From: Felis catus
Lineage: Eukaryota
Reading direction: 5' to 3'
DNA: 64,000 nucleotides
Assembly: GCF_018350175.1 (NCBI RefSeq)
Contig: NC_058368.1
Location: forward strand, 205,470,001-205,534,000
The notes under the pieces were generated by a model, which was not told the DNA's origin, made no database searches, and saw only the letters and a program-made list of their open reading frames with translations. A program made the position numbers and the translations under genes. This document shows positions 39,676-52,989 of this stretch, piece after piece; position 1 is the first letter of the stretch, and each line of letters begins with the position of its first letter.

Positions 39676-41087
39676 TTGACAAGAAGGAAAAGTTGGAGGT
39701 ACCTGGCAGAGAAGGGAATAGAATTAGTTACTATGAACAGAAACAATAGAGTGTTAAATATGTCTGTATCTCTAAGTCTAGAGATAACAAGTTTGAAACA
39801 AAATTTAACAAGTTTGAAATCAATTTGCACAGTGGTCCCAAGTATGGAGCAGAAATATGGTCAACACGTTATTGTCTTTAAGGAACGTAGGCATCTTTAA
39901 AAAGTCAGTGTATGTCTTGTTTCTATTATGGTTTGGCACCCAGTGAGGCTGGAAGCTCGCACAGAGTATACCTTATGTAGTTGTCATTTGTAGGAAAGAT
40001 TTTTCAACACGTATCACGTTTTTATATATCCTGTGAAGATTCCTGTGAGTGATTAAAAAAGATCAGTGTTTGTTAACTTTATAAATAGTCTTAATACAAT
40101 TGAAGCTCATGCATTTCCAAATGACTGGACCTAGTGGGGCAGTGATGGAGAACTCTGGAGTTCTGAAGTCACAGAAACTAAGCATAAAAAATGTTCTTGT
40201 GTCTGGTTCCACTCATTTGGTAATAGAAATGGTAATGTCATTTCTGACGAGCTTTTCTTTTTTTCCTTTAATAACTCATAATCACTTCTTGGATTCTTTA
40301 TATGTGATGCATAGTGTATGTTTTTGATTCTTTTGAATGCAGAAGAGTTTAAGAGTCAAGACCATGGACTTTAGTTTGTAATAAATTTGATTTGAATTTT
40401 AGTTCTCCCTCTAACAAATACAATTTGGAGTACATATTTTTGTTAGGATTAATTGAGAAGAAAAAGTGGCCACTAAAAGAATTCCACTAAATAGTGGCTA
40501 TTACTGTTATCTCTTTCATTCCTCTATTGCTTAACATTGAAGAGGGAATATTTGCCTTAAATTACACTGATGTAAGCAAGACTATATTTTACAGTAACTA
40601 GTACTACCTGCTTAGCCTCAGTTCATGTTCAGGTGCCCAAAATTAAGCCCTTTGAGGACATATTTCTGGCTCTTATTGGTTATGGATAAGGTACAGTCTA
40701 TCCTTCTTATAGTTTCAGGGAGCAATCTATTTCTATTTGTCTCAAAGATTTATGTTGATTATTAAAATTTAGATATATTTTTATTGCAAGATCTGGCAGT
40801 TAAGAAGCTGAAAAGTTCAGCTTTATTATATCATTTTTCATTTGCTTTTATCTTTTTAGTGAGTTGAATAATCTTTCAATGGTTGTAAAGCGTTGAGATT
40901 CTCTGCATCATGGCATCCCCATCCATCATCACGATGTCAGATTACAATAAACATTAAGCTTTTAAGGCAGGCAAATTGTATGGATGCTATTTGTCTTATC
41001 CTTTAATAGCTTTTTAGTATGCAGTGTTGATCTCCTGTACACAGATTTTGAAAAATTCTGCCCTGAGCATCTGAAGAGAGAAAATGC

Positions 41088-41370
41088 GACAGAATAGTAG
41101 TTGGCTCCTTCGAGTTCCCTGATTATCGTGATGATGGTAAAACCCCAGGCAAACTACGAAAATGTGGACAGATGTGCAGCCCGTTGAATCTGCATTCAGA
41201 ACCTCTCTGGCTTTCCCAGTGCCTATTTTTAGAAAACAGCTGCCATAGATTATTGACTTGTGAAGGGAAGCAGGTGTGTACGAGCAGCGATGGGAGCTGG
41301 TTGTTGAAAGCCTGCAACAGGGGCTTGCCGGACAGCGCTGCTGTGTGTGAGCGAAATGACAGCCGAGGTT
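41088..41370. promoter_or_regulatory. Candidate intronic muscle/heart enhancer
   Basis: MEF2 consensus CTATTTTTAG (41223-41232), E-boxes CAGCTG (41237-41242) and CAGGTG (41271-41276), TGACAG (41357-41362), about 11 CpG in about 280 bp with no recognisable repeat. Confidence 0.45.
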
Positions 41371-42262
41371 GCTTCTGTGTGGGGACAAGTGAAATGAGGG
41401 ATTTTTTTCTTTTTTTTTTTAATGAGGGATTCTTAGGGCAAAGGAGAACAGGATGTTTTATGTTTGTTTTTCCCTCACATTTTTAACTTTTTTAATGCAT
41501 TTTAAAAGAAGAAATACAAATTGGTGTACTCATGGATGCTACATGTCTGAGTGCATAAAATTGGTTTCATAATTCTAGTTGTGTCTTTTTTAAATAAGCT
41601 AACTCTCCAGTCTTCTGACTTGTACAACTAAGGCATTTTGTGTTCGAGATTTAAACAACGTTACGTCAATTATATCTCATTACAGCTGGGAAAAGGTTTA
41701 AAAGCTAAAAAAAAGATTCAATCTGGTGGTTTAATTGCATCAAGTGTAGTCCAAATATTAAATCCATAGATACAGATATAAAAATATAAAGATTAAAGTA
41801 AGAATAAAGATATAAACTTACAGATATAGATATGGATTTAACGCATATTTGTCTTATTTATTTGGCCCTAAGGCTCAGGAAACTACAAACTATGGGTAAG
41901 GAAAATGGTGGAGAAAATATGTATGTGTGGCATTATGCTTTTATATAATTATTCAGTAATGCTTTTGCCATATCAGTGTAATGAGGTGAAAGGTATACAG
42001 AACTTTGGAATTAGACAGATCTATGCTTAATTAAATACTGGTTCTGTCACTTACTGGTGGTATGGCAGATCATTTTATCTTGGTATACTCTTTTATAAAA
42101 TGATAATGGTTAACTCATATGCTTGTGATGGGGATTAAATTAGTTCATTCAACAAATATTTATTAGGCACGTATTAAGGGGCATGACTGTTCTTGCCTCT
42201 TAAAGATGCGGCAGTTAACAGAACAGATGAAGTTCTCTGTGTTCAGGTAGCTGATGTTCTAG

Positions 42263-42481
42263 TGGGGGTCAGCACATATGGCCCATGTGCCAAATCTGGC
42301 CCACTGCCTCTTTTTGAAATGAAGTTTTACAGGAACACAGCCACATCTGTTGATTTATGTATTACCTGTAGATGCTTTCATGCTGCAACAGCAGAGTTGA
42401 GTAGTTGCCACAGAGACTGTGTGCCTGTCAGTCTAAAACATTTACCATTTCACACTTTATGGAAGAGTTTGCCAACTCCTG
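42263..42481. mobile_element. MER58A (hAT-Charlie MITE)
   Basis: GGGGTCAGCA..TATGGCCC..GCCAAATCTGGCCCACTGCCT...GCAGAGTTGAGTAGTTGCCACAGAGAC...GTTTGCCAACTCCTG. Confidence 0.85.
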
Positions 42482-42489
42482 CCGTAGAT

Positions 42490-44480
42490 CATTGGTTTGA
42501 AACCTTTCTTTTCTAATATAAGCATGTGATGCTATAAATTTCTAAACACTATTAGTGAGATCCACAAATTTTTATATATAGTGTTTTCATTTTCATTTCC
42601 TCTTCAAAATATTTACTAATCTCTCATGTGATTTTTTTTTTTTTCTGTGACTTAATGGTTATTTGGAAGTATGTCATTTAATTTCAGGTATGTGATGATC
42701 CATTAACACAAAACTTTGTGTTGATCTCTAGTTTAATTATCTTGAGGTCAGAAGACATACTTTATATAGTTTCCATCCTTTTGAATTTGAGATTTATTTA
42801 TGGCCTAAAATATAGTCTATCTTAGTGATAGACTTAGGGACTGTTCCAGCTGTATTAGAAAAGAATGTGTATTCTGCTCTTGTTGAGGAGAGTGTCCTAT
42901 AAGTCAGTAAGGTCAAGTTGGTAGATAGCATTCATGTTTTCCATGTCCTGTCAGTTTACTGAGAGAGGAGTAATGTAATATTGAGCTATAATTGTGCATT
43001 TGTTAATTTCCAACTCAGTTGTGTCACCTTTTGCTTGTAGATTTTAGAGCTCCATTATTAGTTGTATTAGTACACAGTTAAAATTGTTATGCTCTTTTAA
43101 CAAATTAACTTCTATTGTTATATTGTACTTTATCTCTGGTAATATTTCTTATTCTGAAGTCTACTGTCTGACATTAATATATTCACTCTGCATGGTATAT
43201 TTTTTTCCATTTTTCTACCTGCAACCTATTAATGTCTTCAAGTGAGTTTTGTAGTTAATATAGTTAGGTTTTGTTCTTTTATCCAGTTTTATAATCTGTG
43301 ACCTTTAATTCGAGATTTAGGCCATTTACATTTATGTGATTATCAACCTGGTTGGGCTTAAGTCTGTCAGCACAATTTTTTTTTCTCCTCATTTGTCCAT
43401 CTGAGTTTTTATTTCTCCATTCTTTTAGATCAGCTAAGTATTTTTTATGATTCCATTTTATCTTCACTATTGATTTCTTTTTTTTCCCCAGTGGGTCCTC
43501 AAGGATTTACAATACACATCTTTTATTTATCACAGTCTACTTTAAGTATTATCTTATTATCACTTTACATATAATGTAAGAACCATACAACTGTAAACTT
43601 TTCTTCTCTGCCCTTATCCTATTTGCTGCTGTTGGTCGTATATTTTATTCTGCGTGTGTTTTAAACCTCATGATATTTTGTTATTATTTTTATTCCAAAT
43701 AGCCAATTCTCTTTTAAAGAGATTGAAAATAAGAAAAAAAGTGTGTTTTTTATATTTTTATTATATAATTGATATATAAAAGTTATATATTTTGCATATT
43801 TCCCCACATATTTGCTCTTTCGTGCACTTTTCCATTACATTGATCCAAATTGCCATCTGATGTTGTTTTCCTCCCCCTTAAAGGACATCCTTTGATGTTT
43901 CTTACAGTGCAAATCTTAAGGATGTCACTCCAGTTGATTCTTTCAATATTTGCTTTTCAACTTTGTTAAATTTAGTTGAGAGAAGTCTCTAGTTTCAGTG
44001 TAATTAGCCCCACTACTAAAGTTATTTCCTTTTGAGGGCTCTACCATGTATTATGAGGCCTTTCCCCTCTGGCTAGTAGGAATGTGAATTGTTCCCAAAC
44101 CTACATGAGTTCTGGACATTTTTTGCTTAATATTTCCTAGTGGTTCTTTTCCAGGCCTTGACTAATTTCTTCTCCTATATACACACATCAGTACTCTACC
44201 AAAGGCTTGAGATGAATCCTTTCTGCAAATCTGTGAGCTCTTTCTCTGTGTAGCAACCTCTGTTCTGATATTTTGAGATACGTAGTCAAATTCTAGTTGA
44301 CTTGGTCTCTCTGAACCCAGCAGGACTACAGGATCCCACCTGAGTCTCTCTCCCTGCACTGGGTTCCTCTCTCCAGGCAGTCGGCTGGGGCAATTATTGG
44401 CCCACCTCATTGGCTTTCCTTCTGTCAGAGATGACAGTCCTGTACTGCCTTTTTGCTAATATCTGAAAGCTACTTTTTCC
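42490..44480 (-). mobile_element. Old L1M fragment (endonuclease/ORF1 side)
   Basis: AAAAGAATGTGTATTCTGCT..TGTTG, AGGCCATTTACATTTATGTGATTATC and other reverse L1 ORF2 N-terminal motifs. Confidence 0.65.
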
Positions 44481-44936
44481 TGTATTGTTTAATACCATTA
44501 ATAATATTTTTGAACTTATGTCTTTATATATTTCTTGGATGATTTTCTTAGTATAAATCCCCAGAAGTAGAATACCTTGGCCAACTTTTTAGGGTTTTGA
44601 TGCTTAATGAATTATGGTCCAGAAAAACTATCCCAATTCACACTCATACTGTTTTCATTCTCTTACCAAAGCTGGTATTTTTTTCTATTGTTTCATTTTT
44701 CATTTCTTTAAAAACTGCCATCTGTGACTGTTTAAAGAGCCAGCAGAACCTTACTCCTCTGAAGGAGCCCCTACTCCTCCTCTCTTTTGTTCTGGAGGCC
44801 TTCCTTTTGGCTTTTAGCAGTTATTACCTCTTATCAAATATTGTTCCAATGCTGCTATCTTTGCTAATTTTAAAGATCACATTGATGGTGGCTGTTCTCA
44901 GTGTTTGTGAATGTGTCTTAACAGACCAGCTGTGAG

Positions 44937-44938
<2 letters not shown>

Positions 44939-44972
<34 letters not shown>
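44939..44972. repeat. (GT)17 microsatellite
   Basis: Perfect dinucleotide run. Confidence 0.95.
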
Positions 44973-44978
<6 letters not shown>

Positions 44979-47900
44979 TATCCAATATGTTGAACAAGCT
45001 CTACATGTGGGATGAAATAAAAACAGAGCTATTTTTATCTCCTGTGGTGTCTTTAACTTTATTTAGTTAGGGAAGCTTTCCTTCTGAAATGATATTTCAG
45101 CTCATTCTCCAATAATATAATAACTGTCACTGGATCAGTTTAATTCACCAATTCTGTTTTGATTCGAGAATTACAGTCCAGTTAAAAATAGTGACCATTG
45201 CTTTAGGATACATTTAAAACCAGTACATCTCCTCTTTCTCTGCCTCTCCAACTATAGACAGGACTGGCTACCTGCCTTTGGGAAAGGTTGTGTGGTGTTC
45301 TTCGGCTTCTTTCTTCACTCGTCTCCTCCCCCAATTCACTGTTTGGCACCTACCTAGGTAGAAATTCAGGACAATGGGAAAAAGAGGAAATAGGGTGGGA
45401 AAGGTCTTAAGTGGCTAGTGATGCTATGAGCTGGTTCCCTGCTCTCTGGTCCTTGCAGACAAAGCTGATTCCTTTTTCTGTGTGTGTGTGGGGGGGGGGG
45501 GTGGTCTTTGGAGACCCCTTTCTGGGTCAGCATCCATCCTGAAGAACAGTGGCTGGATGCTTCCCTTGCAGCTCCTGGTTTTCCTGTGGTCCATTTCACA
45601 CATCCTCCCTTGCGTAGCATCCTGTTGAGAAAGTGTTAAAGCATCTTTAGTCTGACCTTCTTATGACCCACACCTGGGAAGCTCTCACTCATTTCTTGTC
45701 CACTTTCGGTGGTAGTCATGTAGTTACTTCCCCCAAACAGTCACTTCAACTTTCTCTAGTAGAAATTAGGTGTGTCATTCCCTAGTTGTGTCCTGACTCT
45801 TCTCCTGGAGGCAAGGTGCTCTGAAGTTGTCATACAAGCTATGTGGTCAGTTGAATGAGGGGCAGGTATACACCTGACCCTGTCCTTGGTTGCTGGGGCA
45901 GAGGGAGTGGGACACACCATGCTTTTCTTCGAAGTCCTTCACACACAGTTCTCTGCTATGGCCTGCTGTACCCCATGATCTTGCCAGGCATCCCAAGAAT
46001 CTTGGAATTTGTTATTGACCATTTTCTCTGTAAATTCTGCTTCTGAAATCTATCTTACATGCCGGTATCTCCTAACTGTCACACTTGCATATCCATCAAA
46101 ACAAGATAAAAGAAGTCCCAGTTTAATATCTGGTTACTACCATAGTTTCCTTCCTCTGAGCTCATATTCAGCTAAGCCTTCATACATGCAGGGATTTCTT
46201 CCATCGTGTACGTTAAGGTGGTCCTCCAGCTTACTCTGTTTCCCAGCTGCCCTAGACAGAAGAGAGGACCATGGAAGAACCTAGCCAAGCTCTGTTTATT
46301 CTAACTGGGGAATAAAAACTGCACTGACCCCTCGTTGGCAGGGGGTGGGGAGAAGAAGAGGAAGTGGAAGGGGGAGAGAGGAGTGTTCAAAACAAAAAAC
46401 AAAACAAAACTACTCTGACCCAGCGGATGGACCTTTACTTCCCATGCCAATTTAAAGACCCATTTAATGCTTGCAGAATTTCCAAGAGCAAAGAATGATT
46501 CCTTCTGGTACAGCAATTTAATAAATGAGCATACATTTTTAAAAAGACAAGTTAATATTAGTGAAATTTATTAGAAACATAAGCTGTTTATTATTGCTCT
46601 TTACTTGGGTACTATATTTAGTTATTTAAAAATACTTTTTATCTGTGACTATCTGGAAAACATGTTGAAAATTAATCCCTAGTTTTGTTGTTTACATCCA
46701 GTATTTTTCAGACTAAAAGTATATTTATAGACTAACCCATTTGATACATTAGTTTTATAAGGAATTTTCCTCTTACTTGGAGGATATTGTTGGTGGTTAA
46801 AAGCTATGATTAAAGTTTAAAAGCCACAGCTAAATTATAAATCTAACATTTTTAGAAGGAAGGAACTAATAGCTATTAAGTACATGCCATTGGCCAGGTA
46901 CCATTTATTTGTATATTTATTGTAATTTAATCCTTATAGAATATTGACAATTAAATATATGTTATTATAGATAAAGAGACAGATCAGGAGTTAACTATTC
47001 GAGTTTACATCTGTAACCAAGTTACAAAGTGGGGATTTGATCATAGTTTCCTTTGATCTATGTATTATATATTCTACCAGAAGGTTCATTTGGGAAGTGC
47101 ATTAACTAATGCCTTTCATGATGGAAATAAAACTACCTGCAAAGTAAATAAATATCCTTACAGCATTTATGTAAACTTGATAAAGAAATTATTGTTTCAT
47201 TGTGTGGGCTAAAACCTATTGCAACAGGAAGGATGCATGTTGTATATATGATATTAATTCAAGCTGGGGTTTTGAAAGGTGCTGCATTGAGCATTTGCAT
47301 GTTCTGTTTTCTGTATATTATCATTTTTTAAGCTCTCATTCAATCTCTAAAGTCTCCACTACCTTATCACATATAAATAACATAAATCTCACGTATGAAG
47401 TATTTTATCCATTTTATTTACCATTTTGTTTTTTATAATGTACCAACTGAGGAGTCCTTTGGAAGAGTCCAGGTTTTCTACTAGGATTTTTATAGTTTTA
47501 GTTTTAATATTTCTTAAATGGAAAAGTTGAAACATAACTGTAGAAACATTGGAATCATTGCAAACAGAAATCCTAAATAGAAGTTAAGAAAAATTAAGAT
47601 CAGAAAGGAGCAATAGCAAATTCATTGGCAAATCAGCTAACTCAGCCTGGGTCCCAGCCCCCAGTGTCAATCTTGTCAGTAGGAAAAGAGATATGAGAAT
47701 GTGAAATAGATTTTTCTTTTTGGAAATACCAGTTCTCAGGGATCTTAAATATATTTTGTCTTTTTATTGCTGTCTGAGTCTTTTTTGGCTCTGGAGGAAG
47801 GAAATATTTCCCTCCTTGCTATGATGCATATGATGTGTTTGTGAACAACTGCTTAGTCCTAAGAACTTTGTGTACTGGAACTCCTCTATGTATTCAAACC

Positions 47901-49259
47901 AGAGACTGAAAAGAAGATGAGCTAAACATCTGACTGGTTCTGAGCCATGTTGCTACCGAGCTCCCAGCAGCTCTTGTAAGAATTTGACCATATACCCTCC
48001 ATATTCTTTGGTGTCAGAAAGCGGATTAATATGCATAGAATGGGAGTTTGGTTGTCATCTTCTCCTCCTCCTCCTCCTCCTCTCTCCTTCTCTTTACAGA
48101 GAGAATGAGCAATGAATAAGTTTGATATTTTCAATTATTATCCCTTTGGCTAGTGATGTATTTGTATGACTCAACAGCCCCTTCTCATTAAACAGCCCAC
48201 TTAAAAGAAAGGGATGAAACATTAAAAATGATAGATGATGTCTCTTAGAAACCCATTATTAGTAATTTCATAAATAGTGGTGCTGCTGATATAACTTAGC
48301 AGGGAATAAAGCTAAAAGGCTGAAGACAATATGACCCTGCCACCAAAGGCAAATGAATCTCGAAGACTAAATTTTACTAAATAACTGGATTTGGCATTTC
48401 TAGTTGATGACATCTTTACTTCTTACTTTACTCTTTTGGTTTAGAAATAATTTTTGGTCGGCACTTTTATTAACAAAAAATTTTTATTAGAGAAAATATC
48501 AAAATATATACAAATATAGAATAGTAAAATGCACATATCCAGTTTATACAATTATCCATTTGTGGCCAATCTTGTTTCATCTATACTCCTATTCACTTTC
48601 CTCTTTGCCCCAGATTATTTTGAGGCAAATCCCACATATATTATTCTATACCCTGATATTTTAGTATTATCTCTAAAAGGTAAGGATTCCTTTTATGAAC
48701 CACAAATCTGTTATCTCATTAATGGTAAGGAATTAAGAATATAATTTTAACATCCAGCTATACAGCACCCTAATTTTACTGATGGAGAACTTGAATCCAG
48801 AAAAATGAAGTGACCTTACTCAGGTCGTAAAATTAGTAACTAAGCCAATCCTGGAGCTTGTCTCTCCTGTCTTATAGTCTAATAATTGTTTCCATGACAT
48901 GAGGAAAAGTTTGCTTTTGAAATACAACATCCAAATATAAAGAACCTTCCATTTTTCTTTCAAATACACTTTGATGCATCTTTTTGTCTCTGTGAAGTGT
49001 CTTAACCTTTCTAGACCTCAGCTCTTTATTTTTAAGGTATGGTGAATGAGATGGGTTTTATTCAACAAATTCAATAGGAGTTTTTTGTTTGTTTGTTTTT
49101 GGTATTAGGCATACTAGTCACTGTGAGTAGAGTGGTGAACAAACTCAGTACAGTCTTCCTCCTTTTGAATAATCTTTTTTCTGTAGTGAATATGGTAAAA
49201 ATAGGGGTGAATGATGGTACTGTGCAAACCCTTCTGTACACTAAACATTAAATATGTTG

Positions 49260-49631
49260 ACTTAAGAATACTTAATAGACTTAACTATTGTAAGTCTGGT
49301 AACTTAACTATTGTAATTCTGGTCCAGGATTATGGCAGATTTTATCATTTATTCAAGTCTCATTTTACCTCTTTCATTATACTTATTCCTAATTATATTT
49401 TAGTTTCTGCCAATGTTTCAAGCTGGGTATTTCATTTCAGTTTCTAAGTGGTCTTGCTAATACAAAGGAAAACTATTGGTTTTTGTGTATTTATCTTGTA
49501 TTTATTCACTTTTAAAATTCTCTTATTAGTATATATATTTTTTAGAATTCTCTTAGACATTCTATGCAGGTTTGGATAAACTACATCCTGTGCAGTTGAA
49601 CGTTTAACCAACTGAGCCACCCAGATGCCCC
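49260..49631 (-). mobile_element. Old L1 fragment ending at a Can-SINE head remnant (about 49598-49631)
   Basis: Reverse ORF2 motif YKINTQKPIVFL, then AACGTTTAACCAACTGAGCCACCCAGATGCCCC. Confidence 0.6.
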
Positions 49632-50465
49632 ATGATTCCATAATTTTTTAGAAAGACTTCCAGCTTTTGATCATATTAGCACTGGCATGTGTATTGATAA
49701 GACCCTCAGGAACAGTGCCAGATCAGATCATGGCTATTGATCTGATAGAGAACTATAAGAACTAGATAGAGCAGTTGGCTTCTAATTGGAGGTCATAAGA
49801 TATAACAACATATCTTTAAACCCTAGAGTTAGTTATCTTGGTAAATTCACATTGTGAAAGGCACATGGAGTTGAGACTGAGTGAATATCAGTTTCCCATC
49901 TCACATCTTATCCTCTTTTTATACCTCCCCTATCTAAATAGAATGCCAGGCAAAATCAGCGGCATTTTACATGGAGTTTTCCTTCTCCTTTCTTTATCCT
50001 CCTCAGTCAATATAATTGCATTTCCCTAAGTAAAAGACAGGTAGTGTTTTTTAACTTTATTGTACCCAATACATTCAACAAAAATTGGATGGAAAACAGA
50101 TTACTGACTTTTTTATAGTTGGGTAAATATGTTTTGCACGAAGGCCTGGTACAGAATTCTTTGAGGGAGACTCATAATCTCTAAACCAGGGATATGAGAT
50201 TTGACATGTTTTAGCCATTTGTTGTCTGTTTTGCATTTTTTGGGATTATAGTTATAACCTCTTTAATATTAGTATTGGATAAGGAATTTCTGGTTGGTGT
50301 GTCGTTACTATGATTTAGGTCTTTTGTTTTGGTAAAGATCATGTGCTTATTATCAAATACTAAGGGGCAAATAAATGCACATTAGCATGAAAACAAATAG
50401 CATATCATCTAAATAATCAGACCCCAAAAAGCTAATCCACAAATAAAATAGGAATAGCTCCTTTA

Positions 50466-50693
50466 TTTTTTTTTTTTCAATTTTTTTTTTCAACGTTTAT
50501 TTATTTTTGGGACAGAGAGAGACAGAGCATGAACGGGGGAGGGGCAGAGAGAGAGGGAGACACAGAATCGGAAACAGGATCCAGGCTCTGAGCCATCAGC
50601 CCAGAGCCTGACGCGGGGCTCGAACTCACAGACCGCGAGATCGTGACCTGGCTGAAGTCGGATGCTTAACCGATTGCGCCACCCAGGCGCCCC
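50466..50693 (-). mobile_element. Young Can-SINE (SINEC_Fc1-like)
   Basis: Near-consensus, CpG-rich; perfect 16-bp TSD AGGAATAGCTCCTTTA. Confidence 0.96.
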
Positions 50694-51712
50694 AGGAATA
50701 GCTCCTTTAAAAAAATCACTTTTCTTACTCTCAGAACTTTATGAAAAATAAATGTATTACTTTGGCACTGAGAAACTTTATTGGTTATCATATTTCCATC
50801 TTGAATGTAACTTCTCATAACCATGTAGTTCTTAGGAAATTTAATTTTTTGAATCATAGCTTTCAGGTTGCTAAAAAGATACACATTTTGTTTAGAAGCA
50901 CATTTAGAAAGTTTTGTAATTTCAATCCTAAAGGATCTGACTGTATTTTTAGAAGTTGTTTAAACTGAAGCTACATAGGGCTTGCTGTCTGCTTCTTAAC
51001 TAAATCTATTAACACTATCCAGCACATTAGGAACAATAAGAAAGAAAAATAGTGCAATAAATTCAACATAATGGATATTTTTAAATAGAAAACATCTTCT
51101 ATGGGGATTCAATTACCTCTTTCTGGAAACTAGGGAAAGATTTTATCCAGTTCTTTTTCTGACTTGTTCTGTAACTTTAGGTAATTTATTTAACTTTTTC
51201 TTGTTGGTCTTTCTCTCTTTGGAAAGGAAAGCTTGAATTTTATCTCCTTACTTTCTGCAAGCACTGTTTAGGTAATGAGGAATTATCTTCATAAAATTGT
51301 ATTTATGAAAAGGTGCTCAGTATGGAAAAAGTAAACCATAATGAGAAAAATGAAATAACAATAGCAAAAGATAGAAATGATAGCTTATATAACAAAGGTC
51401 CAGTCTGTATTCTTAATTTTTACAAACTTGTAATAATATGGTTGCAGAACATTGTATTAAAAGGTTTCCATTACCATGTTTGATTTTTTTAAAAAAGTAC
51501 TTTCTCAGAAATCTAAGCTACCAGTAGGACAAGCTAATCAAAATGATAACTTGGATAGTAAAGTCTTTTTATTGGGAAAAATAAAATATATCAAGGGAAA
51601 CTGTTAACAAAATGAAAAGGCAGTCTACAAAGTGGGAGAAAGTATTTGTAAATTATGTATCTGATAGGGGGTTAGTAGCCAAAATATATAAACAACCTCT
51701 ACAACTCAATAG

Positions 51713-51713
<1 letters not shown>

Positions 51714-51763
<50 letters not shown>

Positions 51764-51764
51764 A
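51714..51764. repeat. (AAAT)n tetranucleotide microsatellite
   Basis: About 12 perfect units inside the L1. Confidence 0.95.
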
Positions 51765-52377
51765 TGTCTGATTACAAATGGGCAGAAGTTTGAATAGATA
51801 TTTTTCCAAAGAAGACATACAAGTGGCCAACACACATGTGGAAAGATGCTCAACATCAGTAATCATCAGGGAAATGCAAATCAAAACCACAGTGAGATAC
51901 TGCCTCATATTTGTTAGTATGACTGCTATCAAAAGGACAAGAAATAACAAGTGTTGGCAAGGATGTGGAGGAAAAGGAGCCCTTGTGCACTGTTGGGAAT
52001 GCAAACTGGTGCAGCCACTATAGAAAACAGTATGGAGATTCCTCAAAACATTAAAAATGGAACTGCCATATAAATGAGCAGATCTCTTTCTGTGTATTTA
52101 AATGAAGAAAACAAAAACACTAACTCAAAAAGATATATGCACCCCCATGTTAACTGCAACTTTATTTACAGTGGCTAAGATATGGAAACAACCTAAGTTT
52201 CAATCGATGGGTGAATGGGTAAAGAAATTGTGGTATAGATACAATATTATTCAGCCATAAAATATGAAATCTTGCTGTTTGTGATAACATGGGTGGACCT
52301 TGAGGGCATTATGCTAAATGAAATAAGTGAGACGGGAAAAACACAGATACTGTATAATCTTTCTTATATGTGGAACT

Positions 52378-52498
52378 GAAAGAAAGAAAGAGGGAGGATG
52401 GGAGGGAGGGAGGAAGGAGGGAGGGAGGGAGGGAGGGAAGGAAGGAAGGAAGGAAGGAAGGAAGGAAGGAAGGAAGGAAGGGAAAGGGAGAGAGAGAA
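52378..52498. repeat. Compound (GGGA)n/(GGAA)n polypurine repeat
   Basis: About 120-nt nearly pure purine tract inside the L1 3' UTR. Confidence 0.95.
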
Positions 52499-52989
52499 AC
52501 AAAAAGCAATCTAATAGATGCAAAGAACAGATTGGTGGTTGCCAGAGGTGGTTGATGGGACTATGAGAAATGGGTGAGGAGGGTCAAAAGGTAAAAATAA
52601 AAAGTAAAATTTAAAAAACAGTAACAGCAACAACAACAGGAAAAGCCCACATATGCAGTTCTCAGAACCATGTTAATCTTTATCCAGGTACTAATGTGAC
52701 TTTCTTTATGCTAGTATACTCCGTATTGGTTAAGTGTTGGGTTCTGCAAAGAAATAACGTTCACTTACAACAGGAAAACAGATTGTAGCCAGAAACAAAG
52801 CACAGATTCATTTAACTCTCATAAATTTACTTGTTTTTAGGGAGTTAGTATTTGCAGAGTTTTTTTAGCAATAAGCTGGAAGAGCTATTAGGAGAGGCCC
52901 TCACAGAGGGAAATCTGAGAACTTAATCTCCGTTTTGTTTTTATTTTGATGAAGAAATAAAAACCACAGGAACGAACCACATACTGAGA

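Larger units (their letters stand above)
51590..52620 (+). mobile_element. 5'-truncated L1 (ORF2 C-terminus and 3' UTR)
   Basis: [37 protein letters not shown]...NNKCWQGCG...[11 protein letters not shown]. Confidence 0.9.

Noticed and set aside
45182..45191. Isolated MEF2-like TTAAAAATAG, and an 8-bp hairpin near 40806
   Set aside because: Expected by chance in AT-rich DNA; no supporting motif cluster
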